A stretch of DNA of 64,000 nt from Stylophora pistillata (taxonomy: Eukaryota). The position numbers and the translations under genes are program-made. Below, piece by piece: positions 1 through 12,753 of the stretch (position 1 is its first letter; the number at the start of each line of letters is the position of its first letter). Location: contig NW_019217875.1 in assembly GCF_002571385.2 (NCBI RefSeq), positions 187,379 to 251,378 of the forward strand, given 5' to 3'. Under the pieces are notes generated by a model. It was given only the letters and a program-made list of their open reading frames with translations, did no database searches and had not been told where the DNA came from.

Positions 1-3000
1 GCATAGTATTGCAGCCTTGACGAGAAGAAGCCTTTTGCATGTGGAGAGGAAACAAGATGGCGGCCACAAGACCAAGGGCAATCGAACACATTATTTAACG
101 AATCTTTTCCGGTGGCTGTCGAAATAGCCGTATAGAAGCTAGAATCATCATAGTAATGCTGTATCAAAGTTCCATCTGAACTCCAGAGATGATAAAACGC
201 TAAAACTATAAAAATGTTAGACGAGCTAAAAAGCACACGTCCAAGTGTCATGCTGTCACGTGTCACTTACCATGTGAGAGGCTAATATGGTTATTACTTA
301 CCATATGAGAGGCTAATGCTTCAAAGAACACTTTGTATCACTCATTTCACGACCGAGTTGCCTTTAATTAGAGAGTTCGGTTCACTTAAGTAGGTCTACT
401 TAGATTTTCCTAGAAAAAATCTTCTCTTTGAGTTTACAAACGAAAACAGCGGCGGTTACACCTGTAAAAGACCTCTTTAGTTTCAAACGTCATTGTTTGG
501 TCACGTGGTCTGAAATGGGTAGACACCAGTTGCGGATATAGCAAGTTAATTGCGAAGTGTATCGAATATTTCACTCTTATTACGTCTGTAACTGCCACGA
601 TGTTTCCACGAATTCGGATTTGTCTTTTCACAAATACCCTAACGATTCTAAGCATTCAGAAGTTAAGTATCCATGCTATTTTCTCAATTTTCTCTAAATC
701 AAAAGAGTTAAGAGTGACATCTGATACTAAAGTCTACTCTGAACATTTCAAAGACGAGGATTTTAAGTTTGCAGACAGCTGGACTAGGAGATTGAAAGTG
801 GACGGCTTCTGTCCTTCCTCGTTTTTGTGGTCAGTCAACAAGAAGCTATTTCGTAAAGCAATAATTTTTTTTAGTGTTTCGTTTCCGAAACGAAAATGTT
901 TGGCATGGTTGTCACAGGGCCAAATTAAAATGAAGTAAAAGACGTAGGAAAAATCGGGGGATTTCAATTTGAGCCACGGAAAATTTACATCTTTGAAAAA
1001 GAAGACAGGAAAAGTGAAATTTCAAGCAAATGTGAAGTTGTTCTCTGGCCCTTATCGGGATGAGAGAAGTTCATCATGTAACTTGTTCACAACAGTTGAT
1101 AGATTCCTTCCCTTTCTCATCAATGCAAGTTAAAGTTGTAATGAAATCCTGGATGCTGATACTTACGCCCAGCGTATAACTGAGTGTTCCACATGAAAGT
1201 AATAAATCTTCTTAGGATCGCTTAGCAGTCCGTCGTAATCGTAGTAGTAATAGTTTGGACTGTTTAGGAAAAAATTGAAGGAGCTTTCTGGTTTGAAATG
1301 AAAATGTTTGAAAATAGCAAGCGAAAGCTCCCAACGGAGTCCAAACTCTACGTTAGTCACTCCATAGTCTTAGTATGTCTGGTCAGCTAAATCCTCGACG
1401 GGAAGATACTCCTTGCAGAAAATTAAGTGCTACATTTGCTTATCGTAAGAAATATAGCAGAGACTGACCAACAGTTTTCAAAGTAATCTTTCTGTTTAAA
1501 CAATCAATTATTCAATTTGAAAAGCGGAAATGATTTCAGAACACTTTTGTTTCATTATCTCACTAAACAAGTGGGGCTAACAGTCAAGATTCGATAACTA
1601 CTCTTGAACCAACATATGTTCTTAGCTTTTATATAATAGCTGAATTACGCAAGCATTTTTAATTAATTAGTTCTTGCACATGATCTGTTTAAGAAAAGAC
1701 GCATAGATAAAGTCACTGCTGAGATTTTTTTCTGGCTCCGTACTAGTATAGATTCCAATGATGTTGCTGTGGGTCTGTGCAGTTATAAGACACTCGGCTA
1801 CGCCCCGTATCCCAGTAACTTCTTTATTTTTACCACATTCTGACGTCACTTATCACTGAACAGCCGCATAGCATCATGTTGAACAGATAATGGGCTCACA
1901 GCTTTTGAAAAAGGGTAGTAAATATTTCCAAAAATTTTAAGAAAGACATCACGTCGTCCGATATATATGAGTATCTAACGCACCTACAAAAATGCAGTCT
2001 AATGACTATTAAAATGCACGACTCATAAAGTAGAAAGTAATGTTAAATCCTGTTTTCTTGTTTTGGAGGTCTGATATCCAATTCCACTCAGCCCCTACTG
2101 CGAACTGAAAAGGTAAAGAGCGGAAGCAAAACAAAATGAAGAAAAGTGTTAATACTGCTTTTAAACCCTCCTGGATCTAAGGGCTTTCCTACTAAAGGCC
2201 TTGTATATGTTGGGAATCGAATTCCACTGGTGTAGATTGTCAGAAAAAGGGGAAGATAAACGAGAGAGGATCTTTAAGATTATGATTATGCATTTTGTAA
2301 TCGAAATGATCTGGCACATCTCTATCAAAGTTAACGTTTATTTGAGAAATCAATTTGGAAAATAAATGGTTGAGTTATCATCAGGATGCATTGTAATAAA
2401 TTTGAGGGATGAATATTTGAAAAGCGTTGTAAAGTGGCGGTGACTAAAATTTTCAGAAGACACCAGAAACAACAGAGAAAATAAGAAATAGTGACACTGG
2501 TCCTGTTTCCTCACCTATCCCCTTTCCCCCTTCCTTTTTATGAGATTAAAGTAAGGTGTCGTTGGAAAAAGAGGGATTTTTAGGAGGGTAACTTGTTTTT
2601 ACTTCGTACAAGTCCTTTACCTGAACGAGAGTAACATCCCAAAAGCCAAGACCAAAAAGGAAATCGTTGTTCCCACTGAAAAGGAAAATTAATAAAACAT
2701 TATTTTCTGCTACGATGGTTCACCTCCTCTGACACGTCCATTACGTCTAATGCTTTAAAGTTGCCTAAAATATCCTGAAATATAACTCAATTGAACTTCG
2801 TGTTCTCCACTTATCATAACCACCCTAGCTCGTAAACATTTACATAGAATTACCAAATACAAATGAAGATAAACTTAGTTTGGTAAGGAGCACCGAGAAG
2901 CTAAAAAGCTTAGTTAGGTCACTCTTGCTTGACTAGAATCAAAATAACACACAACCTGTACTTGATTATGATGTTCTTTCACGAAGCTCGAAAATGCAAA

Positions 3001-5317
3001 CAATGATTGTGTCTTCGGCATGTATGATTTACTACTTATCCCTCAAAGGATCATTTCGTCGCAGTGCAATTTAATATAAGCGATCACTGCTCTCCGAGAG
3101 AATAAGCGATCCAGATGTGACTTCCAAGCGCTTATAATACAAAGTAACAAATAATCAAACTAAAACAGCTTCTTAAAGTTGCTTCTCTTGTTCAGTTTGA
3201 GCAGAAGCTAACGGGCTCCTCAAAGGAAACCAAGCACAGAGGTTGTAGAGTATACAACTACCTCTAGTGCATTTCGACATCAAATGGGTGATACAGATAC
3301 AATTTCTGTAGAAAGCTTCAGGTAGAAGAAATTGTACTTTCGACTGCCGTTTAAATGCCATTCGCAATTTCCTTTACCACCACGGTCGAATGGAGTGTCA
3401 CCATCATAATTATTTATTAAGGTTACTATCTCAACTACTTGCATCATTGTCTCTTACCTGCACCATAGTTACGCAATCTTTTGTCGTCTTTTCATTCTTC
3501 AACCCGTTGCAGCTGTATTGCTGTTCTGGCACACATGTTCCCTCGATAGTGATCTCACCGCCAGCTCCGCTGCACTTATCGCATTCGCCATCTTTAGCTT
3601 TCCAGTCCTTGAATTCAACACCTGTGACACACGATCACGAGGGAAGACAGAATCCAATTTTGAGAAAATACACCTAAGAAAGATTCTTACTGAGAGAACC
3701 AGCCAAGATCAATGGGTGCTAAGTTTACATCCAGCGTTTCAAATGTATCATTATTTAAATTTTTAAATCAGTTTTACTTTTTGTTTTCTTTTATCTCACA
3801 TCCAATATATATCCTCTTGCGGCAGCGGAGGATTTTGGAGGGATTCACATGGTTTTCAGGGGGAACAGTGTGTGTGGTCGGCTGACAAGCTGCATGTTAG
3901 GTCATAACCAAGTTCAGTCCACATTATTCAATAAAAAAACGATTGACAAGGCGGGAAATTTCAGTCGTTTAGTCATTATACCCTGACCTACTGGATTGAA
4001 TTCAGCACTTCCACTCACAACCTTTAAGTTGTGAAGCTGACCACTATTCACTTTGTTAGTAAACACCGTCTCGATGAAGCCAGTCTCTTTTCCTTCAAAA
4101 CCAAGGATAACTTCGCCTCCACGCCAACTTTACCGTCTTTATTTGAGAACGCCACATCTGATACTTTAACGTCGTGGTACTTTTCGGAATTGTTGTAGAT
4201 GTATTTCATCTGCAGGATGGGAGTAATCACAACGGTGTTACTTTCATTGTGACGACTGCTAATAACACATTAGGTATGCGAATTCAAATCGTAAAAAAGC
4301 CTGAGTATCCGTCAAAAACTATAGCACCTCTCCTTGGACTATTGTAATACAAATAAAATATTTCATATGTTAACATGACAAATGATCAAGTTTAACTGGG
4401 CACTTAAAATGGTGACCAGAGTGGCGTTTAATTCATACCAATTGTGAAACAGTGTGAACGTGCTCCAGATAAACCTACCCAGGAGACATGCACATCACCC
4501 GGTCGGATGTAAAACTATTCCAGAGTTATTGAGCATCAAACAGAAGAATTTAAAAGCTGAGTTAAAGCTTCAAATTCATTCATAGGAAGTCTTACGGGAA
4601 AATTGCGAGAAGAGCAGTTTCAGTGACTCTTTCATATCCAAGTAGCCTTTACGGCTTTCCCATGCCTCCCTTGCTGTAGTTGTGGATGAAAGCATGTGCA
4701 TATCATAACCAAAGTAAAGCGCTCTGATTGGTCAATTCAGCGTCCACCATTTGCCCATGGGTGTACGCTGCTGACGTGAGGAAATGCAAAGACTAGTTTT
4801 CCGCGCGCGCTTGTTTTTTTTTTCTGGTCACGTAAGATTTGTTTAATAAAAGAAAACTCTTTTGCTACATTGTACCAATATTATGTTATAAAACAAGTGG
4901 TAAACGCCACACGGTGTTTACCATTTTTTAACTATTCGGTGTCTTTTTTTGGAACAAAAATATTCCAACTTCGGAATATGGAATTGGGATATTTTTGGAA
5001 ATTTTTGGAAATTATCTGCAGTAAACTGTGACTTAAACCCCTTCTCGGTGTAACGTCTTCAATGAAGAAACATGAAAAATTGATTTCCTCTTATTAACTA
5101 GATGACAGAGAAGTCGGACTTATTTCCATGGATATCATGTTTTCCCAAACCTTGAACTCTTCTGACTCAGATTCTTCGAGGGATGCGTTCCACATTTGTT
5201 CTGCCACAAAATTGATCTTCGCAGAAGCTAAAGAAGAACAGACGTTACAATGCGCCCCCAAAGGATACGAAAAACATAAGTGTACAAATAAGGGTAACAA
5301 CAAACTTCATTCCTATC

Positions 5318-5480
5318 CAGGGCTGTAGCCAGACTTTAGGACAACACGAGGCAATTTTCGAGCGCCGACGGAGCGAGCAGCTAGGGGGGGTCTGGGGGCA
5401 TGCACCCCAGAAAATTTTGAAATGTAGAGGTTCAGAAATGCTCTTTTAAGGATTTTTCGTGGTATTTTTCTTCAGAGTGT
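5318..5480 (+). mobile_element. hAT-like terminal fragment at the breakpoint of homology between copy 1 and copy 3
   Basis: Starts CAGGGCTGTAGCCAG, contains GGGGGGTCTGGGGGCATGC..CAGAAAATTTTGAAA; copy 3 homology ends at ~5317. Confidence 0.5.
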
Positions 5481-6207
5481 AGTTGTTTGACTGACCTTAA
5501 GCATGAAAAGTTAGTGAGGTTACAAATCGTTGCCTCTGGAGAAATTAGCACTTCAAAAGCAGAATGATCATGAACGAAGACGACAGAAATGATATGATGG
5601 TATGATGAAAGCACATTCAGAGCTGCAACAGGCTGGAAGTGCTGTCATAAAAAGTTATCGTTAACATGGAGACGATTTTAAGTGTCCTTTCGGTTTTCTG
5701 TCGCAGTTTCATTTTTCTATTTTCCTTTAGAAAGGATGCAGGCAGATGGCAATCCGTTGACGGATGTCACGCCAGCTGCTGTACAACGTGTCTTCCTCAT
5801 CATAGTACTACGATCGAAGTAGGTAATATATTGCCAACCGTTCAATCAAAACCAGACGCAAATTTCAAGTAAATAGATACATCTATTGGGTCAAGTAAAT
5901 AGATATCAGATATCACTATACTCTTTCGTAATAATCATTTTTGCATTACATGGTAACTATAATATAATATAACGTGAGTGTCATGTGTAATATAATGTGA
6001 GTGTCGTGTCGCCATCACATGGGGTGAAAGCAAAGTAGGAACCAGGGGAGCTTCCTTGCTTAACCAAAATACGTTGGTATGGGATGAGTCGAAGGAGACG
6101 TTTGCTGACCCCCTTTGCCAAGGATATCGTTTTCGCTCATCGATATCGGTGCTGATTAAAATTTTGCAGATTTTCTACTACCCCAGTAAAAAAGGGCTTG
6201 AAATTAT

Positions 6208-6303
6208 TAATAATAATAATAATGATAATAATAATGATAATAATAATGATAATAATAGTAATGATAATAATAATAATAATGATAATAATAATAATGATAA
6301 TAA
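6208..6303. repeat. (AAT/GAT)n microsatellite
   Basis: Direct reading; much shorter in the paralogue at ~21400-21420. Confidence 0.95.
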
Positions 6304-6649
6304 TTACAATTTAGATAGCGCCAAAATGCAAAAGTTTTAAGGCGCTTTTACAGGATAAAAATGTACATGGTTCCATATTGAATAAGTTGAATGGGAGACT
6401 ACAGCTTTAGTGTACAGACAGAAAAAAGCTGTCACCATGTGTTTATGTTATAGAAAGATATAATAAAATAAAACAAAAAGAAAACTAAGAAGAAGAAGCC
6501 ACGCGTTCGTTGTTGATATTACCGACGTGTGACACAGGGTTTGGAAAAGGATACGAGATGTCTGCAATTGACCAAATAGGCATACCACACTTCTCTTGCT
6601 GAATTTTCCAGCAGTTCCCCCCAACACCCCTTATCGTCGTAACCGTGAA

Positions 6650-7397
6650 TAGGCCCTTATCGATTCTACTAGTAAAAGTAGCATGTTATGAAACACAACT
6701 AACAATTGCACTCCATTCCAGACTAAAAGCGATGAGGCACAAATGTACGATATACGATGATGAGTAGCGAGATGTCTTGATGACTCTTCTCTCGACTAAG
6801 TGCTTCGGTAATAGTTTGTTCTCCCAACTTCGACTCCTTGATCTTTTCTTTCCCACTGTGCCCGTGTTTTGGAAGCACAATTGGATGACAAAATGCTTTT
6901 CTTTGATGAAACAACTTTTCCGCAAGCAGTGCAAAATATGGTGTTACCTCTAGTACTTAGATGCTGATCTGGAAACTGATTGATGCGATCATGTAATGGG
7001 ACTTTTTTCCCGTCAGATGCTCCCTTGGTCTTGTATTTGCTGTCGGTTTTTTTCAGGCTCCAATCTCTAGAAATTTGAGCGGTTTCTGGCCTATCAGGCA
7101 ACTCTTCTCTTTCTTAGTTGCTCGACGCCATTTTGCTGCTTGTGAAAGCGGGAGCTGGGATGAACGCAATCTCTACTTCCGGTGTGCCCAGTCCTCTAGA
7201 CGACCAACGACGCAGTATTGCGGTAACCCTCTTCTCCTCCCCCAGACGAGAGAAAACAAACTGAAGCATGGACAGAACTTGGAAATAATCAATTTTAGAG
7301 ACCAAGCAAGTCATGACGCTGATAATGTTCCCTTCGAAAAACTAATCTTGGACTGACAGGGAATGAAACTTATACTTGCACAATCGATAAGGGGCTA
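6650..7397 (-). mobile_element. Non-autonomous hAT element with CGGBP1-like zinc-finger transposase N-terminal remnant
   Basis: 16-bp TIR TAGGCCCTTATCGATT / AATCGATAAGGGGCTA; 8-bp imperfect TSD ACCGTGAA/GCCGTGAG; empty site in the paralogue at ~21849-21861; ORF remnant DRINQFPDQHLSTRGNTIFCTACGKVVSSKKS. Confidence 0.85.
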
Positions 7398-8514
7398 GCC
7401 GTGAGGAAACAGAATCTTGAGCGGTTAAAATATTGAGTGTCTAAATCTCTTGAAATATCACAAGGATTGCGGCGCACTGGGAAGAGTATTATCATCCAGT
7501 GTCTCAGAGAATATAATTGAAAGACACGGTTAATCATCTAGAATTGATTAAAAAAATTGTCAAGGGTAACAGACACCTTGTGCTCCATATGCATCAGACT
7601 CGAAACGGTTAAACACAAATTGAGTCCACACTGCTCAATAAACGAAATATGTCCTCAGAAACTGTTTTCTAATAATTTTAATGTCAAAGGAAACTAGCTC
7701 AAGTTAATGATTAATAGTGTTAAAGAAATGTTATCTTGAATAATACAACCAATCAGTTTTCCTCGATGATATTTTCCAACCGAAGAAGAAGAGGACAGCC
7801 GAAGCTTGAAATGATGTTGAATGATAAGATGTCCCTACTAAGGTACGACTCATAAAATGCAACTAGCATTGTTCATTAGTCGCATGACTTGTTCAAAGCC
7901 ATCATAGATAAGAATAACCAAATCCACTTCTCTGAAAATGCAAATCGAAAATTTAACTTCTGATTTCGAAATCAAGATGTCTGCAAAAGAAACCGACGAT
8001 AAACGTTTTCAATCTTTTTTAAAGACGATTGTTCGAAAGACAGAGAGCAAACTTGACATTTTGTTGTTTGCTGTTCGCATCAACATTGCTCCAAAGAATT
8101 CCCCTAGTAAGCCAAACTAAACATTTAAATATATCTCTCAGTCAGTTTCGCATAAAGTAGAAGAAATATCAAAGGCAAAGCATTTCTTTCACATGACGTG
8201 AATGTTATGATTCATTTATGTTGTAAGTCTTCGACGAGTGTCATAAACACAACTTTCAACCTTGAGCGTTATTTCAACATCACCCCTCTTTTACCCGCAT
8301 TTAGGGAGAAGAAATGTATTTAATTTTACATACATTGTGCGAAGGATAAACCCACAAATTTGATCGCAGTAATATGGTCAGGAAACATGTTTCAGGCGAA
8401 ACGAAGCTGAAGCGAGCGATAAACACAAGTTTTACACGCAAGGGCGTCCACAAAGAAACCTTGGACACGGTTCATTTCCGTGTTTTCCTTCTTTGTTTTT
8501 ACGTAACCATAATA

Positions 8515-9030
8515 ACACATTGACATGCAAATGAGTAGAGGAAAAAAATCGTGATGTTATCAGATGATACCACGAAAAACACTTTAGATTACTCATTTCA
8601 TGCTCGAGTTGCCTTAGAGAGTTCGGTTGAGTTATCTTTTCAATATATAAGTACATTTTAAATCATTTTGGAGTTGATAAAGAGATGAATGCTTCAAACC
8701 ATGTCAGTTAGTTTGCGATGGTCTACATTTTGTAAAACTGCATATTCTTAGTTTTTAACACATTGACATGCAAATGAGTAGAGGAAAAAAAACGCACTGT
8801 TATCAGATGATACTACGAAATACACTTTTGATTACTCATTTCATGCTCGAGTTGCCTTAGAGAGTTCGGTTGAGTTATAAGTTTTCAATAAATACTGAGT
8901 ACATTTTAAATAATTTAGGAGTTGGTAAAGAGATGAATGCTTCTAACCTTGTCAGTCCAAATGATTCAAAATGCTGACGTCAAGTCTGTGATGATCTGCA
9001 TTTTGTAAAACTGCACATTTTTAGTGTTTT
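8515..9030. repeat. Local tandem duplication of ~240 bp
   Basis: TAACACATTGACATGCAAATGAGTAGAGGAAAAAAA at ~8513 and ~8757, followed by collinear similar sequence. Confidence 0.8.
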
Positions 9031-9049
9031 GAAGAGAACATTACAGATA

Positions 9050-9533
9050 GAGTCATGACTTGCTTGGTCTCTAAAATTGATTATTATCATGTTCTGTCCA
9101 TGGTTCAGTTTATTTTCTTTCGTCTGAGGGAGCATGGAAGGAAGGTTACCGCAATACTGCGTCTTTGGTCGTCTGAAGGACTGGGCACACCGGAAGTAAA
9201 GACTGCTTCCGTCCCAGTTTCCTCTTTCAAAAGCAACAAAATGGCGTCGAGCAACTAAGAAGGAGAACAGCTGCCTGATAGGCCAGAACCCGCTCAAATT
9301 GCTAAAGATCGGAGCCTGAACAAAACCAACAGCAGATACAAGACCAGTATTATAAGACTTTATTAACAATAAATCTATAATTTTGGCTTTTGGACTTATT
9401 TTGTGGTTTTTATTTTTAAGCATACATTAGGAAAAGTAGCATAGTTTTCAAAATTTGAGCATAGTTTGGAAAAAATCGGGCTTTGCTAGTAGCATAATCT
9501 GCTACTTTTACGAGCACAATTGATAAGGGCCTA
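9050..9533 (+). mobile_element. Second, internally deleted copy of the same hAT family
   Basis: Reverse-complement homology to 7040-7315; ends in TIR ..ATTGATAAGGGCCTA at 9533. Confidence 0.8.
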
Positions 9534-10471
9534 TCAGTACTTGAGCCGAATTTAACTGAGGAATATATACACCCCAAAATGTGGGTGTTGTACCAGACAA
9601 TAGATTAGCAGACGCGCAACCTCTGGAACGGACGGAACCTGTGGAAGCTGGGGAACCTGCAGAACCTGCGGAACTATTAATTTTTTTGTAAAAAAAATCA
9701 TGAAAGATAATATAAACTCAAAATACCGTAACACTATTAGAAATTTATTTTTCGGTTATAAAGAAGACTACGTTAACAAAGAAATATGTTTTTTATCGTC
9801 CCTGACGTCCATTCACAGGAACTCCTAGCTCACACAGTACAGTGAACCTGTGCGAACATGTAAAAGTTTCACTTTGCACAGTGGGTGAAATATGAGGATT
9901 TGCATGGCAATGAACAGTCGCGCTCTCAACCTTAAAAGATCTGGACTAGTTTTGAGTAAGGAAAACTTTACCCCGCTCAAGTGGTTGCTATTTTGCATCG
10001 TATGAATTTCTTGGTCTTACTTAGGGCCATCTGACCTCTGCTTTAGTTCATTTGCTTTGCCCTCTACATAATCGATTCCAAGATACGTCTGTAACGCCAT
10101 CCGAACAAATCCACTGCAATCAAATCGCTGTAAATTCGCTCTGGGCGACCCGATCACCCCGAAATTTAACATGTATCGCGGGCGGTAATGCTTATGACAG
10201 AACGGAAAATGCGTGCACTGTAAGTACCTCCGGTTGTCCCATACAAAGCCTTGGAAAAGTTAACAGGAATCGCGTAGCAAGAGAGGAAACAAGAGAGCGA
10301 TCACCTCTCTTGACCAGCTCATCCGACCCTGTCGTCTACGATAATCCTTTAAGGCTCTCTGGGTAACTTTGGAAACCATCGAATAATCTTCGTGTTAATC
10401 ATCGGAGTATATTCGGAGCTCGTACACTCTTCGGAAAATCATCGGAGCCGTTTTGAATTAAAAAAACAGAC

Positions 10472-11342
10472 NNNNNNNNNNNNNNNNNNNNNNNNNNNNN
10501 NNNNNNNNNNNNNNNNNNNNNNNNNNNNNNNNNNNNNNNNNNNNNNNNNNNNNNNNNNNNNNNNNNNNNNNNNNNNNNNNNNNNNNNNNNNNNNNNNNNN
10601 NNNNNNNNNNNNNNNNNNNNNNNNNNNNNNNNNNNNNNNNNNNNNNNNNNNNNNNNNNNNNNNNNNNNNNNNNNNNNNNNNNNNNNNNNNNNNNNNNNNN
10701 NNNNNNNNNNNNNNNNNNNNNNNNNNNNNNNNNNNNNNNNNNNNNNNNNNNNNNNNNNNNNNNNNNNNNNNNNNNNNNNNNNNNNNNNNNNNNNNNNNNN
10801 NNNNNNNNNNNNNNNNNNNNNNNNNNNNNNNNNNNNNNNNNNNNNNNNNNNNNNNNNNNNNNNNNNNNNNNNNNNNNNNNNNNNNNNNNNNNNNNNNNNN
10901 NNNNNNNNNNNNNNNNNNNNNNNNNNNNNNNNNNNNNNNNNNNNNNNNNNNNNNNNNNNNNNNNNNNNNNNNNNNNNNNNNNNNNNNNNNNNNNNNNNNN
11001 NNNNNNNNNNNNNNNNNNNNNNNNNNNNNNNNNNNNNNNNNNNNNNNNNNNNNNNNNNNNNNNNNNNNNNNNNNNNNNNNNNNNNNNNNNNNNNNNNNNN
11101 NNNNNNNNNNNNNNNNNNNNNNNNNNNNNNNNNNNNNNNNNNNNNNNNNNNNNNNNNNNNNNNNNNNNNNNNNNNNNNNNNNNNNNNNNNNNNNNNNNNN
11201 NNNNNNNNNNNNNNNNNNNNNNNNNNNNNNNNNNNNNNNNNNNNNNNNNNNNNNNNNNNNNNNNNNNNNNNNNNNNNNNNNNNNNNNNNNNNNNNNNNNN
11301 NNNNNNNNNNNNNNNNNNNNNNNNNNNNNNNNNNNNNNNNNN
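10472..11342. other. Assembly gap (others at 22240-22931, 27532-27559, 29008-29253, 59997-60825)
   Basis: Runs of n. Confidence 1.
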
Positions 11343-12470
11343 TCCCGCTTTCACAAGTAACAAAATGGCGTCGAGCAATTGAGAAGGAGAATGTTACTTT
11401 CGTAACGTATTTTCCTTTTTCTTTGGTTTAGTTTGTATAACTTGTTCATGAGCGATTCTGTACACTTTTCTTTGGTTTATTATTATTCATGCTGAGACTC
11501 CTGTGGTCAATGCAAGTTGCGTGATATGACCTTTGTAATCATGTGGCCGGAGACACCACATCCAATTCAGTCAAGTTTCGCCATCGGCGTTCTCGCCTTT
11601 TCTACTATCGCTGTTGTAGCTATCGTTTCTCTGAGTGATCGTTCCGTTAATTGCTACCCTCGCAAGAGCAAGATCAAAGTAAGTCTTCGCTACATATTTT
11701 TAGTTGTAATCGTGCCGCTATAGTTTAAGATCTATGCTCTAAGAGTGCTCTTGTTTAAATTTTGTGTCCTTAGCCGCATTAGTTTACATAAGCCTTTTGT
11801 ATCGCTTTGCCTTTAGCTCGAACCACATAATCACCACAACCATTGCTACGACCCTGCCATCTCAGCTACATCGCAATTTGTAATCTAATCCTTGTATTGG
11901 TGATTCATCGCTCCCTTCAAATAAACGTTTATGATTGATTTTCTATGATCTGATTACTTTGAACTGATTACGTGCGTTCGAGTACTTCGAGCTCCAGAGG
12001 CCAAGCCCTAACCTACACGTGGCATCGCTGCTGGTAAGTCACAGAGAATAGCTGCCTGATAGGCCAGAAACCGCTCAAATTGCTAGAGATCAGAGCCTGG
12101 AGAAAACCAACAGCAAATACAAGGCCAAGGGAGCATCTGACGGGAAAAAAGTCCCATTACATGATCGCATCCCAGTCGATCAGTTTCCAGATAAGCATCT
12201 ACGTACTAGAGGCAAAACCATATTTTGCACTGCTTGCGGAGGAGTTGTTTCATAAAAAAAAACGTATTTCAGTAGCCATTGTGCTTCCAAAACACACACC
12301 ACAAAAGATTAAGAAGTCAAAGTTGAGAGAACAAACTATTACCGAAGCACTTAGTCGAGAGAAGAGTCATCAAGACAGCACGCTGCCTAACGTCGTACAT
12401 CTTACATTTTGACATATTAAGTCATCGCTTCTAGTCTGGAATGAGATGCAGTAGTTAGTTGTGTTTTATC
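11343..12470 (+). mobile_element. Third copy of the hAT family, interrupted by a solo LTR
   Basis: 11343-11391 and 12044-12470 are collinear with the reverse complement of 6690-7150 (..EQTITEALSREKSHQD..). Confidence 0.8.
11392..12043 (+). mobile_element. Solo LTR (652 bp)
   Basis: TGTTAC...GTCACA termini; perfect 5-bp TSD GAGAA (11387-11391 and 12044-12048); internal AATAAA near 11920; the uninterrupted site is visible in the sister copy at ~9260. Confidence 0.85.
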
Positions 12471-12753
12471 AGAGCAAGTGTATAACTCACGATAAAGACA
12501 TTTTTGGCTAGAACACCCGTGTGGTCAGCGATCGAAAGTGTAAATCTCACTGCGACTGCAATTACATATATTGTCGGTTTTTACCGTCACACCATCATCA
12601 ATTGCCCATTTAACAAATAAGGTAAAGAATCAAAGACATAAAAGAAAATTACCATTCAAACAGTCTCGCAAAGATTTAGGTCTGTGATATGTTTCGTGCG
12701 GGAGATATTCGAAGAAATGTTATACTTAAATTTATAAGGCTTTGTATGGAGGT

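Larger units (their letters stand above)
2095..6561 (-). pseudogene. SEA/TSR/GPI-like paralogue copy 1, disabled
   Basis: Exons homologous to copy 3 at 5227-5124, 4209-3988, 3621-3458, 2675-2621, 2104-2095, plus a small exon 6561-6523. Lesions: donor after the first SEA exon is AT instead of GT (catggaa|ataagt vs |gtaagt); 1-nt deletion in the second SEA exon (222 vs 223 nt); frameshifting deletion at the end of the TSR exon (164 nt). Confidence 0.82.

Noticed and set aside
3173-3367. Minus-strand ORFs ending EKQL* in paralogous introns (also 16402-16698)
   Set aside because: The frame is not conserved among the three copies and the gene model is complete without them; the similarity reflects duplicated intron sequence.
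6056-6340. Poly-Asn ORF (and Lys/Glu-rich ORFs at 28887 and 31111)
   Set aside because: Read-through of microsatellites on the non-coding strand.
10392-11378. Long ORFs in the track spanning X runs (also 22177-23029, 28887-29301, 59797-60916)
   Set aside because: Artefacts of translating assembly gaps.
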